From Malacoraja senta (taxonomy: Eukaryota): a DNA stretch of 64,000 bases. Location: NCBI GenBank assembly GCA_038087875.1, contig CM075991.1, positions 5,890,001 through 5,954,000 of the forward strand, in the 5' to 3' direction. A model generated the notes under the pieces. That model did no database searches and was not told where the DNA came from. It saw nothing but the letters and a program-made list of their open reading frames with translations. Within the stretch, counting starts at the first letter, position 1. The number at the start of each line of letters is the position of its first letter. Positions 22,431 through 34,800 of this stretch are shown piece by piece. The translations under genes were made by a program, and so were the position numbers.

Positions 22431-22523
22431 AAGTTGAAAACCCTGATGTTAGTTAGGCAGGTGGGAAGAGGGGATAACAGACAACAATTAGTTTCAGTAG
22501 GTGTATTAGTGGGTGCTGTTTAA

Positions 22524-25500
22524 TATGGATTATACTTCGCAGTCACGTGAGTGACTACGTGAAGAACCCGCCAGCCCGCAGGCGCGTATTACGTCTAACG
22601 CATGGCGCAGCGACTAAGTTTAAAGACCTCCAGGTAAGTTCTCGAACTTAGCTTGCGGTTGTTTATCTTCGTTCTTATTACAGGTTAAGAACGAACAACT
22701 ATGGACAAGGCGGGGGTGAAGTCCAGACGGGCCGCGAGGAAAACTGCTACGGAAGACCGCGGCAGTGCGATTAGCGGGCGGTCGTCGGTTTCACCATCAC
22801 GGTCACTGACAGCACACACCCAGCAACCGCGCCTCGCTAAGAGTTCTGGCCGTAAATAGCTCCATTTGTAGTTACATGGGTGGAGGCATAAAGATTCAGG
22901 AGGTTAAACTCCAAAGGATCCTGAGCCTTCTGGCATCCGGGGTCAAGGCCTTCGCCAGGTCAATGGACGGGAGCTCCCTGTCTGAGGTTCAACCGGACGC
23001 ATTGGCACTGATGTGCAATGCACATTTTCAGATAAATTGCTTTTGCAAGAATGCCATTCGTCCTGTCCTCAATCCCAAGTTTGCTGGTTTATGCAGGTCG
23101 AGCAATGTGCAGCCGGCCAATTATTTATTTGGGGAAGACCTGTCCAAACAAGTCAAGGACCTGTAATCTACCAGCAACAGATGGTCTACAGGAGCCAGTA
23201 CCAGCTCAAGGACCGAAAGAACCAGCCAAAGGTCTTTTATAGGACAAGGTTCAGGCCGGCCGACATCGAAGATGCGCAGTTGGCGCACTCCAGTACCCTT
23301 ACCCCTCAAACATCGAGGGCGGATATAAACATCGCAGATCCATCAATATCCATGGAGGTAGGTGGGTCTGGTTCTCTATGGAACATGCGGTGTGTGGGTC
23401 AATCACATGTTGGTGGGAGATTACGTTTCTTTTTGAATGAATGGCGTTCGATAACATCGGATATGTTCATACTGCACAGTATAGATGATTTCCAAATTGA
23501 ATTTTCTGATTCACTTCCACCCACACAGCATACTCCAAACCGTACTTTGGTCCGTCACAACAAGACGGTTTGGATGTACAAATTGAAATTCAATCATTAT
23601 ATCCAAAAGTGTAATTGAGAAGTCGAATCATGAATCTCACCAATTTGTGTCCAATATATTTACAAAACAAAAGAAAGATGGGGGATGCCGAGTCATCCTG
23701 GACTTGACCCGACTCAGCACCTTTGTGCAGTACAGACATTATAAAATGGAAAATGTTGTTACTGCCAAACAATTGATTTCCAAAGGATGTTATATGGCAT
23801 GCATCGATCTTAAAGATGCATACTATTCGGTGCCTATTCATAAGGATCACCGGAAATACTTAAAATTCAACTGGACGGGGCAGCTTCGGCAGTTTAAAGC
23901 ATTGCCTAATAGGTTAACTTCAGCTCCCAGATTATTCACGAAATTATTAAAACCAGTTCTTGCTTTTTTAAGAGCTCAAAAACACATAGTAATGGCGTAC
24001 TTGGACGATATCCTTATTATAGGCAAGACTCTGGAATTGTTTTTTTCAGCGGTCTGAGCCACCAAGCTCTTATTTGAGCGATTGGGATTTCTCATCCATC
24101 CAGTTAAATCCAAGTTGACACCATCCAAAGTTATGGAATATTTGGGATTCACTATTAACTCTGTTCATATGTCTGCAACTCTGCCTTGAAGCAAGATATT
24201 GGAGTTAATAGAGTGCTGTAATTACATCTTTACGAAGCAGCAGCCTTCCATCCGACAAGTGGCCAGTTTAATTGGAAAATTAAATAATTGTATAAGGGGT
24301 AAGAGTGTTGTAAAAACAAGCCTGAAGGCTTTGTGTCTCAATGCAAGGAGTATTTGTAATAAGGTGGATGATTTGAATGTGCTGATAGATATTAATGACT
24401 ATGATATAGTTGGGATCACGGAGACATGGCTCCAGGGTAACCAAGGCTGGGAGCTGAACATCCAGGGATATTCAATATTCAGGAGGGATAGACGGATAGG
24501 AAAAGGAGGTGGGGTAGCATTGATGGTTAGAGAGCAGATTTACGCAATAGAAAGGAAGAACATTAGCTTGGAGGATGTGGAATCGATATGGGTAGAGCTG
24601 CGAAACACTAAGGGGCAGAAAATGCTAGTGGGAGTTGTGTACAGGCCACCTAACGGTAGTAGTGGAGTTGGGGATGGCATCAAACAGGAAATTAGAAATG
24701 CGTGCAACAAAGGTAAAACAGTTATAACGGGTGACTTAAATCTACATATAGATTGGGTGAATCAAATTGGCAAGGGTGATGAGAAAGATGATTTCTTGGA
24801 ATGTATGCGGGATAGTTTTCTAATCCAACATGTAGTGGAACCAACGAGAGAGCAGGCTATTCTAGATTGGGTATTGAGTAATGAGGAAGGGTTAGTTAGC
24901 AGTCTTGTTGTGCGTGGCCCCTTGGGCAAGAGTGACCACAATATGGTTGAGTTCTTCATTAGGATGGAGAGTGATATTGTTAATACAGAAACAAGGGTCC
25001 TGAACTTAAAGAAAGGTAACTCTGAGTGTATGAGAAGTGAATTGGCCAAGATAGACTGGCAATTGATTCTTAATGGGTTGACGGTAGATATGCAATGAAA
25101 GGCATTTAAAGACTGTATGGATGACCTAAACAATTGTTCATCCCAGTTTGGCAAAAAAATAAATCAGGGAAGGTAGTGCATCCATGGATAACAAGGGAAA
25201 TCAGGGATAGTTTCAAAACAAAAGATGAAGCGTACAAATTAGCCAGAAAAAGCAGCCTTCCTGAGGACGGGGAGAAATTCAGAGTCCAGCAGAGGAGGAG
25301 AAATGGCTTAGTTAGGAAAGGGAAAATAGGTTATGAAAGAAAACTGGCAGGGAACATAAAAACTGACTGCAAAAGCTATGTGAAGAGAAAAAGATTAGTT
25401 ATAACAAATGTAGGTCCCTTGCAGTTAGAAACGGGTGAATTGATCATGGGGAACAGGGACATGGCAGACCAATTGAATAACTACTTTGGTTCTGTCTTCA

Positions 25501-27945
25501 CTAAGGAAGACATAAATAATCTGCCGGAAATAGCAGGTGACCGGTGGTCAAATGAGATGGAGGAACTGAGTGAAATCCAGGTTAGCCGAGAAGTGGTGTT
25601 AGGGAAATTGAATGGATTAAAGGCCGATAAATCCCCAGGGCCGGATAGGCTGCATCCCAGAGTACTTAAGGAAGTAGCCCCAGAAATAGTGGATGCATTA
25701 GTGATATTTTTTCAAAACTCTTTAGATTCTGGAGTAGTTCCTGAGGATTGGAGGGTAGTTAATGTAACCCCACTTTTTTAAAAGGGAGAGAGAAAACGGG
25801 GAATTACAGACAAGTTAGTCTAACGTCGGTAGTGGGGAAACTGCTAGAATCAGTTATTAAAGATTGGGTAGCAGCACATTTGGAAAGTGGTGAAATCATT
25901 GGACAAAGTCAGCATGGATATATGAAAGGTAAATCATGTCTGACGAATCTTATAGAATTTTTCGAGGATGTAACTAGTAGAAAGGATAAGGGAGAACCAG
26001 TGGATGTGATATATCTGGACTTTCAGAAGGCTTTCCACAAGGTCCCACATAAGAGATTAGTATACAAAGTTAAAGCACACGGTATTGGGGGTTCAGTATT
26101 GATGTGGGTAGAGACTTGGCTGGCAGACAGGAAGCAAAGAGTAGGAGTAAACGGGTCCTTTTCACAATGGCAGGCAGTGACTAGTAGGGTACCGCAAGGC
26201 TCCGTGCTGGGACGCCAGCTATTTACGATATATATTAATGATTTGGACGAGGGAATTGAATGCAACATCTCCAAGTTTGCGTATGACACGAAGCTGGGGG
26301 GCAGTGTTAGCTGTGAGGAGGATGCTCGGAGGCTGCAAGGTGACTTGGATAGGCTGGGTGAGTGGGCAAATGCATGGCAGATGCAGTATAATGTGGATAA
26401 ATGTGAGGTTATCCACTTTGGTGGCAAACACTGGAAAGTAGACTATTATCTGAATGGTGGCCGATTAGGAAACGGGGAGATGCAACGAGACCTAGGTGTC
26501 ATGGTACACAAGTCATTAAAAGTAGGCATGCAAGTGCAGCAGGCAGTGAAGAAGGCGAATGGTATGTTAGCATTCATAGCAAAAGGATTTGAGTATAGGA
26601 GCAGGGAGGTTCTACTGCAGTTGCACAGGGTCTTGTTGATACCACATCTGGAATATTGCGTACAGTTTTGGTCTCCTAATCTGAGGAAAGATATTCTTGA
26701 CATAGAGAGAGTACAGAGAAGGTTCACCAGACTGATTCCTGGGATGTCAGGACTTTCATATGAAGAAAGACTGGATAGACTCGGTTTGTACTCGCTAGAA
26801 TTTAGAAGATTAAGGGGCGATCTTATAGAAACGTACAACATTTTTAAGGGGTTGGACAGGCTAGATGCAGGAAGATTGTTCCCGATGATGGGGAAGTCCA
26901 GAACAAGGGGTCACAGTTTAAGGATAAGGGGGAAATCTTTTAGGACCGAGATGAGGAAAACATTTTTCACACAGAGAGTGGTGAATCTCTGGAATTCTCT
27001 GCCACAGAAGATAGTTGAAGCCAGTTCATTCGCTATATTTAAGAGGGAGTACGGTGTGGCCCTTGTGGCTAAAGGGACCAGGGGGTATGGAGAGAAAGCA
27101 GGTACAGGATACTGAGTTGGATGATCAGCCATGATCATATCGAATGGCGGTGCAGGCTCGAAGGGCCGAATGGCCTACTCCTGCACATATTTTCTATGTT
27201 TCTATGTTTCTAAATTAGTGGCTGCTTTCCCAGCTGTACAATTTGGACCTTTGTATTATCAACAATTACAATGAGCAATGGTGCAGGCACTCAAACATCA
27301 TTTAGGTCACTTTGACAGGCCCATGCAATTGACGGCTGAAGCCATTTCTGAATTACAGTGGTAGAAGTCCAATATTCAGCATTGCTCTAGCAATATTTCG
27401 GTTGATAGTCGACCAGTTATTTTACAAACGGATGCCAGTGCTCTGGGATGGGGCGCTACTGACACCATCTCTAGCTGCGGTGGCAGATGGAACATGCATG
27501 AGCTATCATTATTTCAGTTACATGGTGTTAATTATTTGGAGTTACTGGCAGCTCTCTGTGGATTGAGGGCTTATTGCGGGTATATGCACATCTGCATGTT
27601 CGATTACAGATTGATAACACCACAGCGGTGGCATACATAAATCACATGGGTGGAATCAAGTCAGTATCCTGTGATAAATTGGCTAACCGCATTTGGCACT
27701 GGTGCATTGCAAGATATATTTGGGTTTCAGCTACCCACCTGCCAGGTAGGTTTAATACGGTGGCGGACAGTAGGTCATGCAAATTCAATGACAACACCGA
27801 ATGGATGTTGAATCATAGAGTGTTTAAGGATATTATTTCTAAGTATGGAACACAGGATATAACTTTGTTTGCATCCAGGCTAAATCATCCGTTACTGAAG
27901 TATGTTGCATGGGAACCAGACCCAGGGGCTGTAGCGGTAGATGCA
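22524..27945 (+). mobile_element. DIRS (tyrosine-recombinase) retrotransposon remnant, split by a CR1
   Basis: RT: KKDGGCRVILDL, IDLKDAYYSVPI, SAPRLFTK, YLDD. After the CR1: RNase H TDASALGWG, NYLELLA, IDNTTAVAYINHMGG, HLPGRFNTVAD, and the MT-domain start LFASRLN..PDPGAVAVDA. Confidence 0.88.
24283..27211 (+). mobile_element. CR1 LINE, near-complete ORF2 with 3'UTR and (TCTATGTT) tail
   Basis: EN and RT motifs in three frames (catalytic FADD mutated to FAYD). TSD AAATTA at 24277-24282 and 27212-27217; removing it restores DIRS IGKL|VAAFP. Confidence 0.95.
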
Positions 27946-28290
27946 ATCCAAACCACTTTTGTCTCATCTGCAAACTTTCTAATCTTGCCATGTACATTCT
28001 CATACTGTAATGTATATACATGCGAAACAGAAATGGGCCAAGCATAGCACTCTGAGGCACACCACGGGCCTCCAGTCCGAGAAACAACCTTCCACTATTA
28101 CCCTCTGTTTCCTTCCATGAAGCCAATTGTCTATACATCCGGTTATTTTTCCTTGAATCCCATGCGATCTAACCTTCCAAAGCAGCTTATCATGTGGAAC
28201 TTTGTCAAATGTTTTGCTGAAGTCCAAATACACTGTATACAACATCTGCAGCTCTGCCCTCGTCAACATTTTTGGTCGCATCTTAAAATA
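27946..28290 (-). mobile_element. CR1 RT fragment
   Basis: YLDFSKTFDKVPH..WLHGRKQRV; paralogous to 12018-12200. Confidence 0.8.
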
Positions 28291-28652
28291 TGAATATTTC
28301 CTATCCTGTGTAACCTATCCCTCAGAATGCTCTCTAGTAACTTTGGAACTGCAGATGTTAAGTTCACTGGCATGTAGTTCCCAGAATTTTCCATCTTTCC
28401 TTTCTTGAGAGCTAAACTCCCCACGTGATTTCTTTTAACAGCCGCTCCGTATTCCTCACAAGTGATTCCAATATCTGCTTGGATGTGTTGATATCATTGG
28501 AAGTCAGGAAATGCATCCATTGGTTAATTAGCATCGTCAGTGACTGTTGATCCTACGAATAATAACTTCCGAGTGGCAAGATGGTGGCGTGAATCATTCC
28601 TTTCAAGGAAGACGTATGTCTAACGTTACTTCCCAAACTAAGATCCTTATTG

Positions 28653-29267
28653 TTAAAGAAGGAACTGCAGATGCTGGAAAATCGAAGGTACACAAAAATG
28701 CTGGAGAAACTCAGCGGGTGCAGCAGCATCTATGGAGCGAAGGAAATAGGTAACGTTTCGGGCCGAAACCCTTCTTCAGACTGATAGGGGGTGGGGAGAA
28801 GAAAGGAAAAAAGGAAAAGGAGGAGGAGGAGCCCGAGGGCTGGGGGAGGGGAGGAGACAACCAGATGGCTGATGAAGGGGAGGGGACAGCCAGGGCTAGC
28901 AGAATTGGGAGAATTCAACGTTCAGGCCAACAGGATGTAGACTGCCCAAGCGGAATATGAGGTGCATTTCCTCCAATTTACGGTGTTGCTCGCTGTGGCC
29001 ATGGAGGAGAAAGTCTACATCCTGTTGGCCTGAACGTTGAATTCTCCCAATTCTGCTAGCCCTGGCTGTCCCCTCCCCTTCATCAGCCATCTGGTTGTCT
29101 CCTCCCCTCCCCCAGCCCTCGGGCTCCTCCTCCTCCTTTTCCTTTTTTCCTTTCTTCTCCCCACCCCCTATCAGTCTGAAGAAGGGTTTCGGCCCGAAAC
29201 GTTACCTATTTCCTTCGCTCCATAGATGCTGCTGCACCCGCTGAGTTTCTCCAGCATTTTTGTGTAC
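28653..29267 (-). mobile_element. 5'-truncated Penelope-like element with inverted pseudo-LTR (fold-back)
   Basis: Minus-strand RKLEEMHLIFRLGSLHPVGLNVEF (PLE GIY-YIG C-terminus); 258-bp inverted arms at 28686-28943 and 29012-29269; TSD CTAAGATCCTTATTG at 28638-28652 and 29268-29282. Confidence 0.85.
29172..29210 (+). ncRNA. Minimal hammerhead ribozyme core in the PLE pseudo-LTR (mirror copy on the minus strand at about 28745-28783)
   Basis: CTGAAGA-A-GGGT-TTCG-GCCC-GAAAC-GTT: CUGANGA/GAAA core, UUCG-capped stem II and palindromic AACGTT stem III, as in PLE minimal hammerheads. Confidence 0.65.
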
Positions 29268-29686
29268 CTAAGATCCTTATTGCTTGATTTGACTAAATCA
29301 CACTGTGCAACTAATGTTATTAATGTTACATATTTGAAGTTCATTGTTCAGGTTAGAAATAATATTGTTCGCAGGAATAATTACATTTAAGAAACCTTTA
29401 ACCTTGTGTCACAGAAATAGAGTTTTCAACATTCCCTTTTATAAAATGTGACAAAAACATTAAAATTAACAGTTCGTGTAATCCCTCGAAGACAGAAATT
29501 CCTTGCGCAATGAAAAAAAACAGTTACGGTTGATGTTTGTTAAGTGGGCTGAGGGTGATGTGCCAGAGGTCACGCTAATTGTCTCAGAGTAATGTCCTCT
29601 TTTGTATAAATCTGTGCTAAATCAATCACCACTACAGATGGACAGTTGGAAAGTTATGTGTGATTGTTCGCTGCTTCACATGGAAG

Positions 29687-31646
29687 ATGGAATATCCAGC
29701 AATTTACTGCATAGCCGCCACTTTCTACCCTGTACTTGTGGCGGTCAGTATTCCTGGTAAGATACTGGGACCAGTACGTTTAGTTTTGTACAGAAAAACT
29801 GCGCGGAAAGAGGCCCTTCGATCAACCGAGTCCGCGCCAACCAGCAATCCCCGCACACTGACGGCACACGCTACGGACAATTTTCAATTGTACCAACCCA
29901 ATCAGCATACAAACCTGTGCATCTTTGGAGTGTGGGCGGATACCGGAGATCCCGGAGAAAACCCAATAAGATCGCGGGGAGAATGTACAAACTCCGTGCA
30001 GGATCAAACCCGGGTGGTTGGCGCTGTCAGGCAGCACATTTAATGCTGCGCACCGTGCCGTACTGCGTGCAGTTCTCCTTCCTTTCTGTATCTGCTACTC
30101 TGAAGAATAGTCGCTTTGATACCCAGCCCACATGCTACCTCAGCTGACGAGTGTCTTCGGAAGGTTCAGGCTTCAGAGTCTGTTTTATTTCTGGCATTTT
30201 TTTCTTGTTAATGTGTGGTTCTTTTGTCAATCAGGTCAGTTAATTTAGAGCTTATGTTTACATTTTTTCAGCATGTAACCGTATTCATATTGTTTCTGGC
30301 GCATATTCTTCAAGCTCTGGGTCTGATTAATACAGACTTTTCCACCAAGAGTCAGCGAATGAGACATGTATACATGTCTGTCAACATGCCTGTTGAATTA
30401 TCACAACTAGCTGAAAAACCTTCCGGGTTTTCGTTCTCTGATTCATTTGCCAGTTTTGATTTTAGGGCTGTGTTTCCACTTGCTAGGTCTGATATGCCTG
30501 AGGAGGCAGTTCTTTCTGAGTTTAATGCTCTCTGATACGAGTTCATTTCGATTGACGCAACGACTCGAAATGACTGAGGTGATCAGTGCATCGTAGACAT
30601 TAGGAGGCCGGCTGTAAATTGCTGCAAATTACCGACACATCTGCCTCTTCGATCAGCACCGCTCTAAGTATTTCTCCGAACGGAAATTTAGTAAACTGGA
30701 TCAGGTTTTTGCTCATTGAAACTAACGTTTTATTTTGTTTCTTGCAGTTAATTTAACGGCGATTGTGATCCTCTCCCGGGGAAAATATGGTCTCTCCAAA
30801 TGCATCACCCGTTACCAAGTGGGAATGGCAACAGCGGATCTAATGGTAGTTGTCATTGTTGCTGCCATTGAACAAGTTAATAACATATACGTTTACGCTA
30901 GTTCCTTGCTCATTACACCGGTTTGCGCTCTGACACTAATACTAAGGGTTGTAACAATCGACTGTTCCATTTGGTTCACCGTCAGTTTCACTTGCGATCG
31001 TTTTATGGCGATCTGTTGTCAAAAGCTACGTGAGCGCTACAGCACCGAGAGAGCAGCCTGTGTGATTATGGTGACTGTGGCTGTCGTCAGCTGCGCCCGA
31101 TCGTTTCCCTTTTACTTTGCCGTGGAGCCTTCTGTCATAATTGACAATGTGCCTTGGCGTTGCGTCTTCTCAGAGGAGTACGCCACTTTGTCGGTATGGA
31201 AAGGTTATGATTTACTTGACAGCATCTTAGCACCGTTGTTACTTATCGGTTTAAACCTGTTGTTCAATGGGTTAACTTCCAGACATATCATAGCGGCCAA
31301 TAGAGTTCGCAGACGACTTCGGAACAGCCATGAGAACCAGAAGGATACAGAGGTGGAGAACCGGAGGAAATCGATGATTTTGCTCTTCGCTGTATCAGGC
31401 AATTTCATATTATTTTCGATACCCAATGTGGTTCATTCTCTGACATGGTAAACACGTAATTTCTTTTACACGGATAGATATTTGAGCAGCTCGGTATATA
31501 TCCTGCAGCAGTTTGGATTTATGTTGCAGATTGGCAGTATATGCACAAACACGTGTATCTATAAACTGACACAGAGGAAATTCAGGGACCAGCTGAAGAG
31601 TGGAGTGAAATATCTACTCACATTGAATGGCCAATTATGTAGTTGA
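29687..31646 (+). pseudogene. GPR139-like: GPR139-like GPCR copy 2; exons 29687-29756 and 30748-31646; premature TAA at 31449-31451 removes TM7
   Basis: Colinear with copy 1; CAA>TAA after TM6. Also GKC>GKY, YLVG>YQVG, TM5 LP>LL and FWIPY>FSIPN. Original TGA retained at 31644-31646. Confidence 0.88.
29775..30060 (-). mobile_element. HE1-like V-SINE in the intron of GPCR copy 2
   Basis: Same intron position and sequence as 12648-12934. Confidence 0.72.
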
Positions 31647-31871
31647 CGTGTAACTCTGATAGCAACTTGGATGAAATTTCAAATAAATGTATTTTACAAT
31701 TCGTACCTTCGGTAAAATACCATAAAGTCAATGCAGGCGTGCGCTTGAGAACCGAGAGCTCGGTATACTCACGTCACGATATTGGTCACGTTTGGAAAGT
31801 GTGGACACATTCTACGTGTTGCAGTTGTGATGTTGCATTGGTGGAATTATATTCCAAACCACTGGATCTTT

Positions 31872-34800
31872 CTTAAATATTTTATTTTATTAGAAGTAAG
31901 TACAGTCATATGGCACCAAAGTGCCTAATATATATTTGCATAATACATTTTATGTACATCTTCTTATTTTTTTAAATTATAATAAAGAAGAACAAGAAAA
32001 AGAAATTAGATAATAAAGAATAGAAAAACGTGAGATATATAGTGTCTGAAAAAGAATAAAATGAGAATGCAAGAAGAAAGTTGAAGAAAAGAGAATAGGA
32101 AAAAGAGAGTAAAAAATACAAATAAAAAAGAAATAAGGAGATCATTATTTATAATCTTGACCATCCCTCACCCAGTCCTGAAACAGTTCGTTTCTACAAT
32201 TATGTTGCACCATATGATTCCAAAAAGACGACAAATGGAGACCAACTCGTTAAGAATTGGTCTGATTTTTCTATTAGGAGGAATCGCATTTCTTCAAGAT
32301 GTGCGGTGTCCAACATGCTTGCGATCCACATTTTAAGCATTGGTATTGGTGTATATTTCCAAAATTTAAGTATTCGTTATTTTGCTATTATTAAACCATA
32401 ATTAAAAAATAAATGTTGAGATAAGTTCAATTTATTCCCATCTTCCATTACTCCAAATATAATCATTTCAGTATTAGGTTCCATTCTTATTGTGAATAAT
32501 TTTGTAAATATATCAAAAAATCACTCCAAAATCTATAAAGTTTTATGCAGGAAACAAAAGAGTATGTTATAGTTGCGTTTTGAGATAGACATTTATCACA
32601 AATGGGGGATATATTTGGATGGAATTTGTTCAAACTTGTTTTTGAATAATATAATCTATGTAAAATGTTTAATTGAATTAGATTATGTCTTGCATTAATC
32701 GAACATTTGTGTATATATATCAAATACTTATCCCATGTAACCTTCGTAATTTTTATCATTAATTCCCGTTCCCACTCTTCTCTAAGTACCTTTGTCGATG
32801 GTAAATCTATATTTAAAATACTATTATATAAATATGATATTAATTTTTGTGAGTCAGCTTTAATATTCATTGCTTCTTCCAATAAGTCAGAAGTTACTTT
32901 TTGATATCCTTGTATGTATTTCTTCATGAAATCGCAAATCTGAAGATATTTAAAATATTGGTTATTTTTCAATTAAAATTTTAATTGTAATTGTTGGAAT
33001 GATAATAGATTTCCCATTTCATACATATCCCCGGTCCTTTTAATTCCTAAACTTTCCCATTGGTTATATATTTTATCAATAAGAGATGGTTTAAATAAAG
33101 TGTTTTTCGCTATAGGCGTTAACAATTATAAATTTCTTAATTTTAAGGATAATTTTATGTGTTTCCAAATTCTTATTGTATCGTGTATAATTGGGTTCTT
33201 CTTATATATTGTGTTGTTCAGTTTTTTCGGAGAGAAGAGGATCGTTCCTATATTACAAGGAAAACAATCCTCTTTCGCCATTGTTATCCATTCTGTCTGT
33301 TGGGTAGAACTGTCCAACCAATAAATTATATTCTTAATATGCGCTGCCCAATAATAATACAAAAAATTCGGGAGTGAGTATCCCCCGACATCTTTTGGTT
33401 TACATAAATGTTTGTTTTAAATTCTATGTGATCTATAATCCCAAATAAAATTGGTAATATTAGTCAAATTTTTTAAAGAAGTATTTTGGTATATATAATG
33501 GTATAGACTGAAATAGGTATAATAATTGTGGTAGAAAGATCATTTTTATAGCATTTATTCTACCTATTAATGATAAAGAAAGTGTTTTCCAAAATTTAAT
33601 CAACATATTGAGTTTATTAGTAAAGGTATAAAATTAGCGTTGAATATTGCTTTATATTTTCTCGTAATTTGAATACCCAAATATTTTTTTTTTTCTGTTG
33701 CAATTTTAAAGGGGAACTTCAGTAAAATTCCTCTATTAAATTTAATAAATTTGGTATTCTCGTTTGTGACTTTGTAACATATAAAATTATATCATCTGCA
33801 TATAATGAAATTTTATTATTTGAGTCCCTAGTGTTGTAGCCATGAATATTCGGATGAATTCTTATACTTTCAGCCAAAGGCTCTATCATAAGGGCAAATA
33901 GCAGGGGTGATAACGCACATCCCTGCGTACTGCCCATTGATAATTGAAAATTTTAAGATAACATATTATTAGTTAATATTCTTGCCATCGGGTTATCATA
34001 TAATAGTTTTAACCGTGTAATAAAATTCTCTCCCATATTAATTTTTTGCAGTACTTTATATAAGTACTGCCACTCTACCTGATCAAATGCTGTCTCTGCC
34101 ACCAGAGAAATAATTGATATATCTGCTTCCTCCCTTTTATGCGAGTACATTATGTTAAACAGGCGTCTCAAATTATTAAATGAGTATCTTTTCTGTATTA
34201 ACCCCGTTTGATCAGGATTTATCAGATTACTAATATATTTGCCTAATCTTCTTGCTAAAGTCTTCTCTAAAATTTTCTGGTCTGTATTTAAAAGTGATAT
34301 AGCTCTATATGAGCCCGGATCGTCTAAATCGTTATCTTTTTTGGAATAAGCGTAATAGTTGATTCTACTAATGTTTCAGGTAGTTTATTTTCTTTAAAAG
34401 CATGAGTATATAAATGAAATAAATAAGGAGTCGTTATCTCATGAATTTTTTTATAAAATTCATTACTAAAACCACCTGGTCCCAATCTTTTACCATTTTT
34501 CAGCGATTTTATTGTTTCACCTATTTATTCAATTGCAATTTGAGCTCCAAGTTCCTCTTGTTCCAAAAGGACAAGTTTTGGAAGATTACAGTTATGAAAA
34601 AAAAATTGTTTTACTATCTTCTATTTTAGATTTAGATGCATATACATTTTTGATAAAATTGAGCAAATCTATTGATAATATCTTTAGGTAGTATTAATAA
34701 TTCACCTTTCTATGATTTAATTTTAGTTATAGTATTTTCCTTTTCTTGTTTTTTCAATTGACGAGCTAAAAGTTTATGTGGTTTGTCACCAAACTCAAAA

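Noticed and set aside
24199..25098. DIRS-endonuclease fusion ORF
   Set aside because: Read-through across the CR1 insertion junction marked by the AAATTA TSD.
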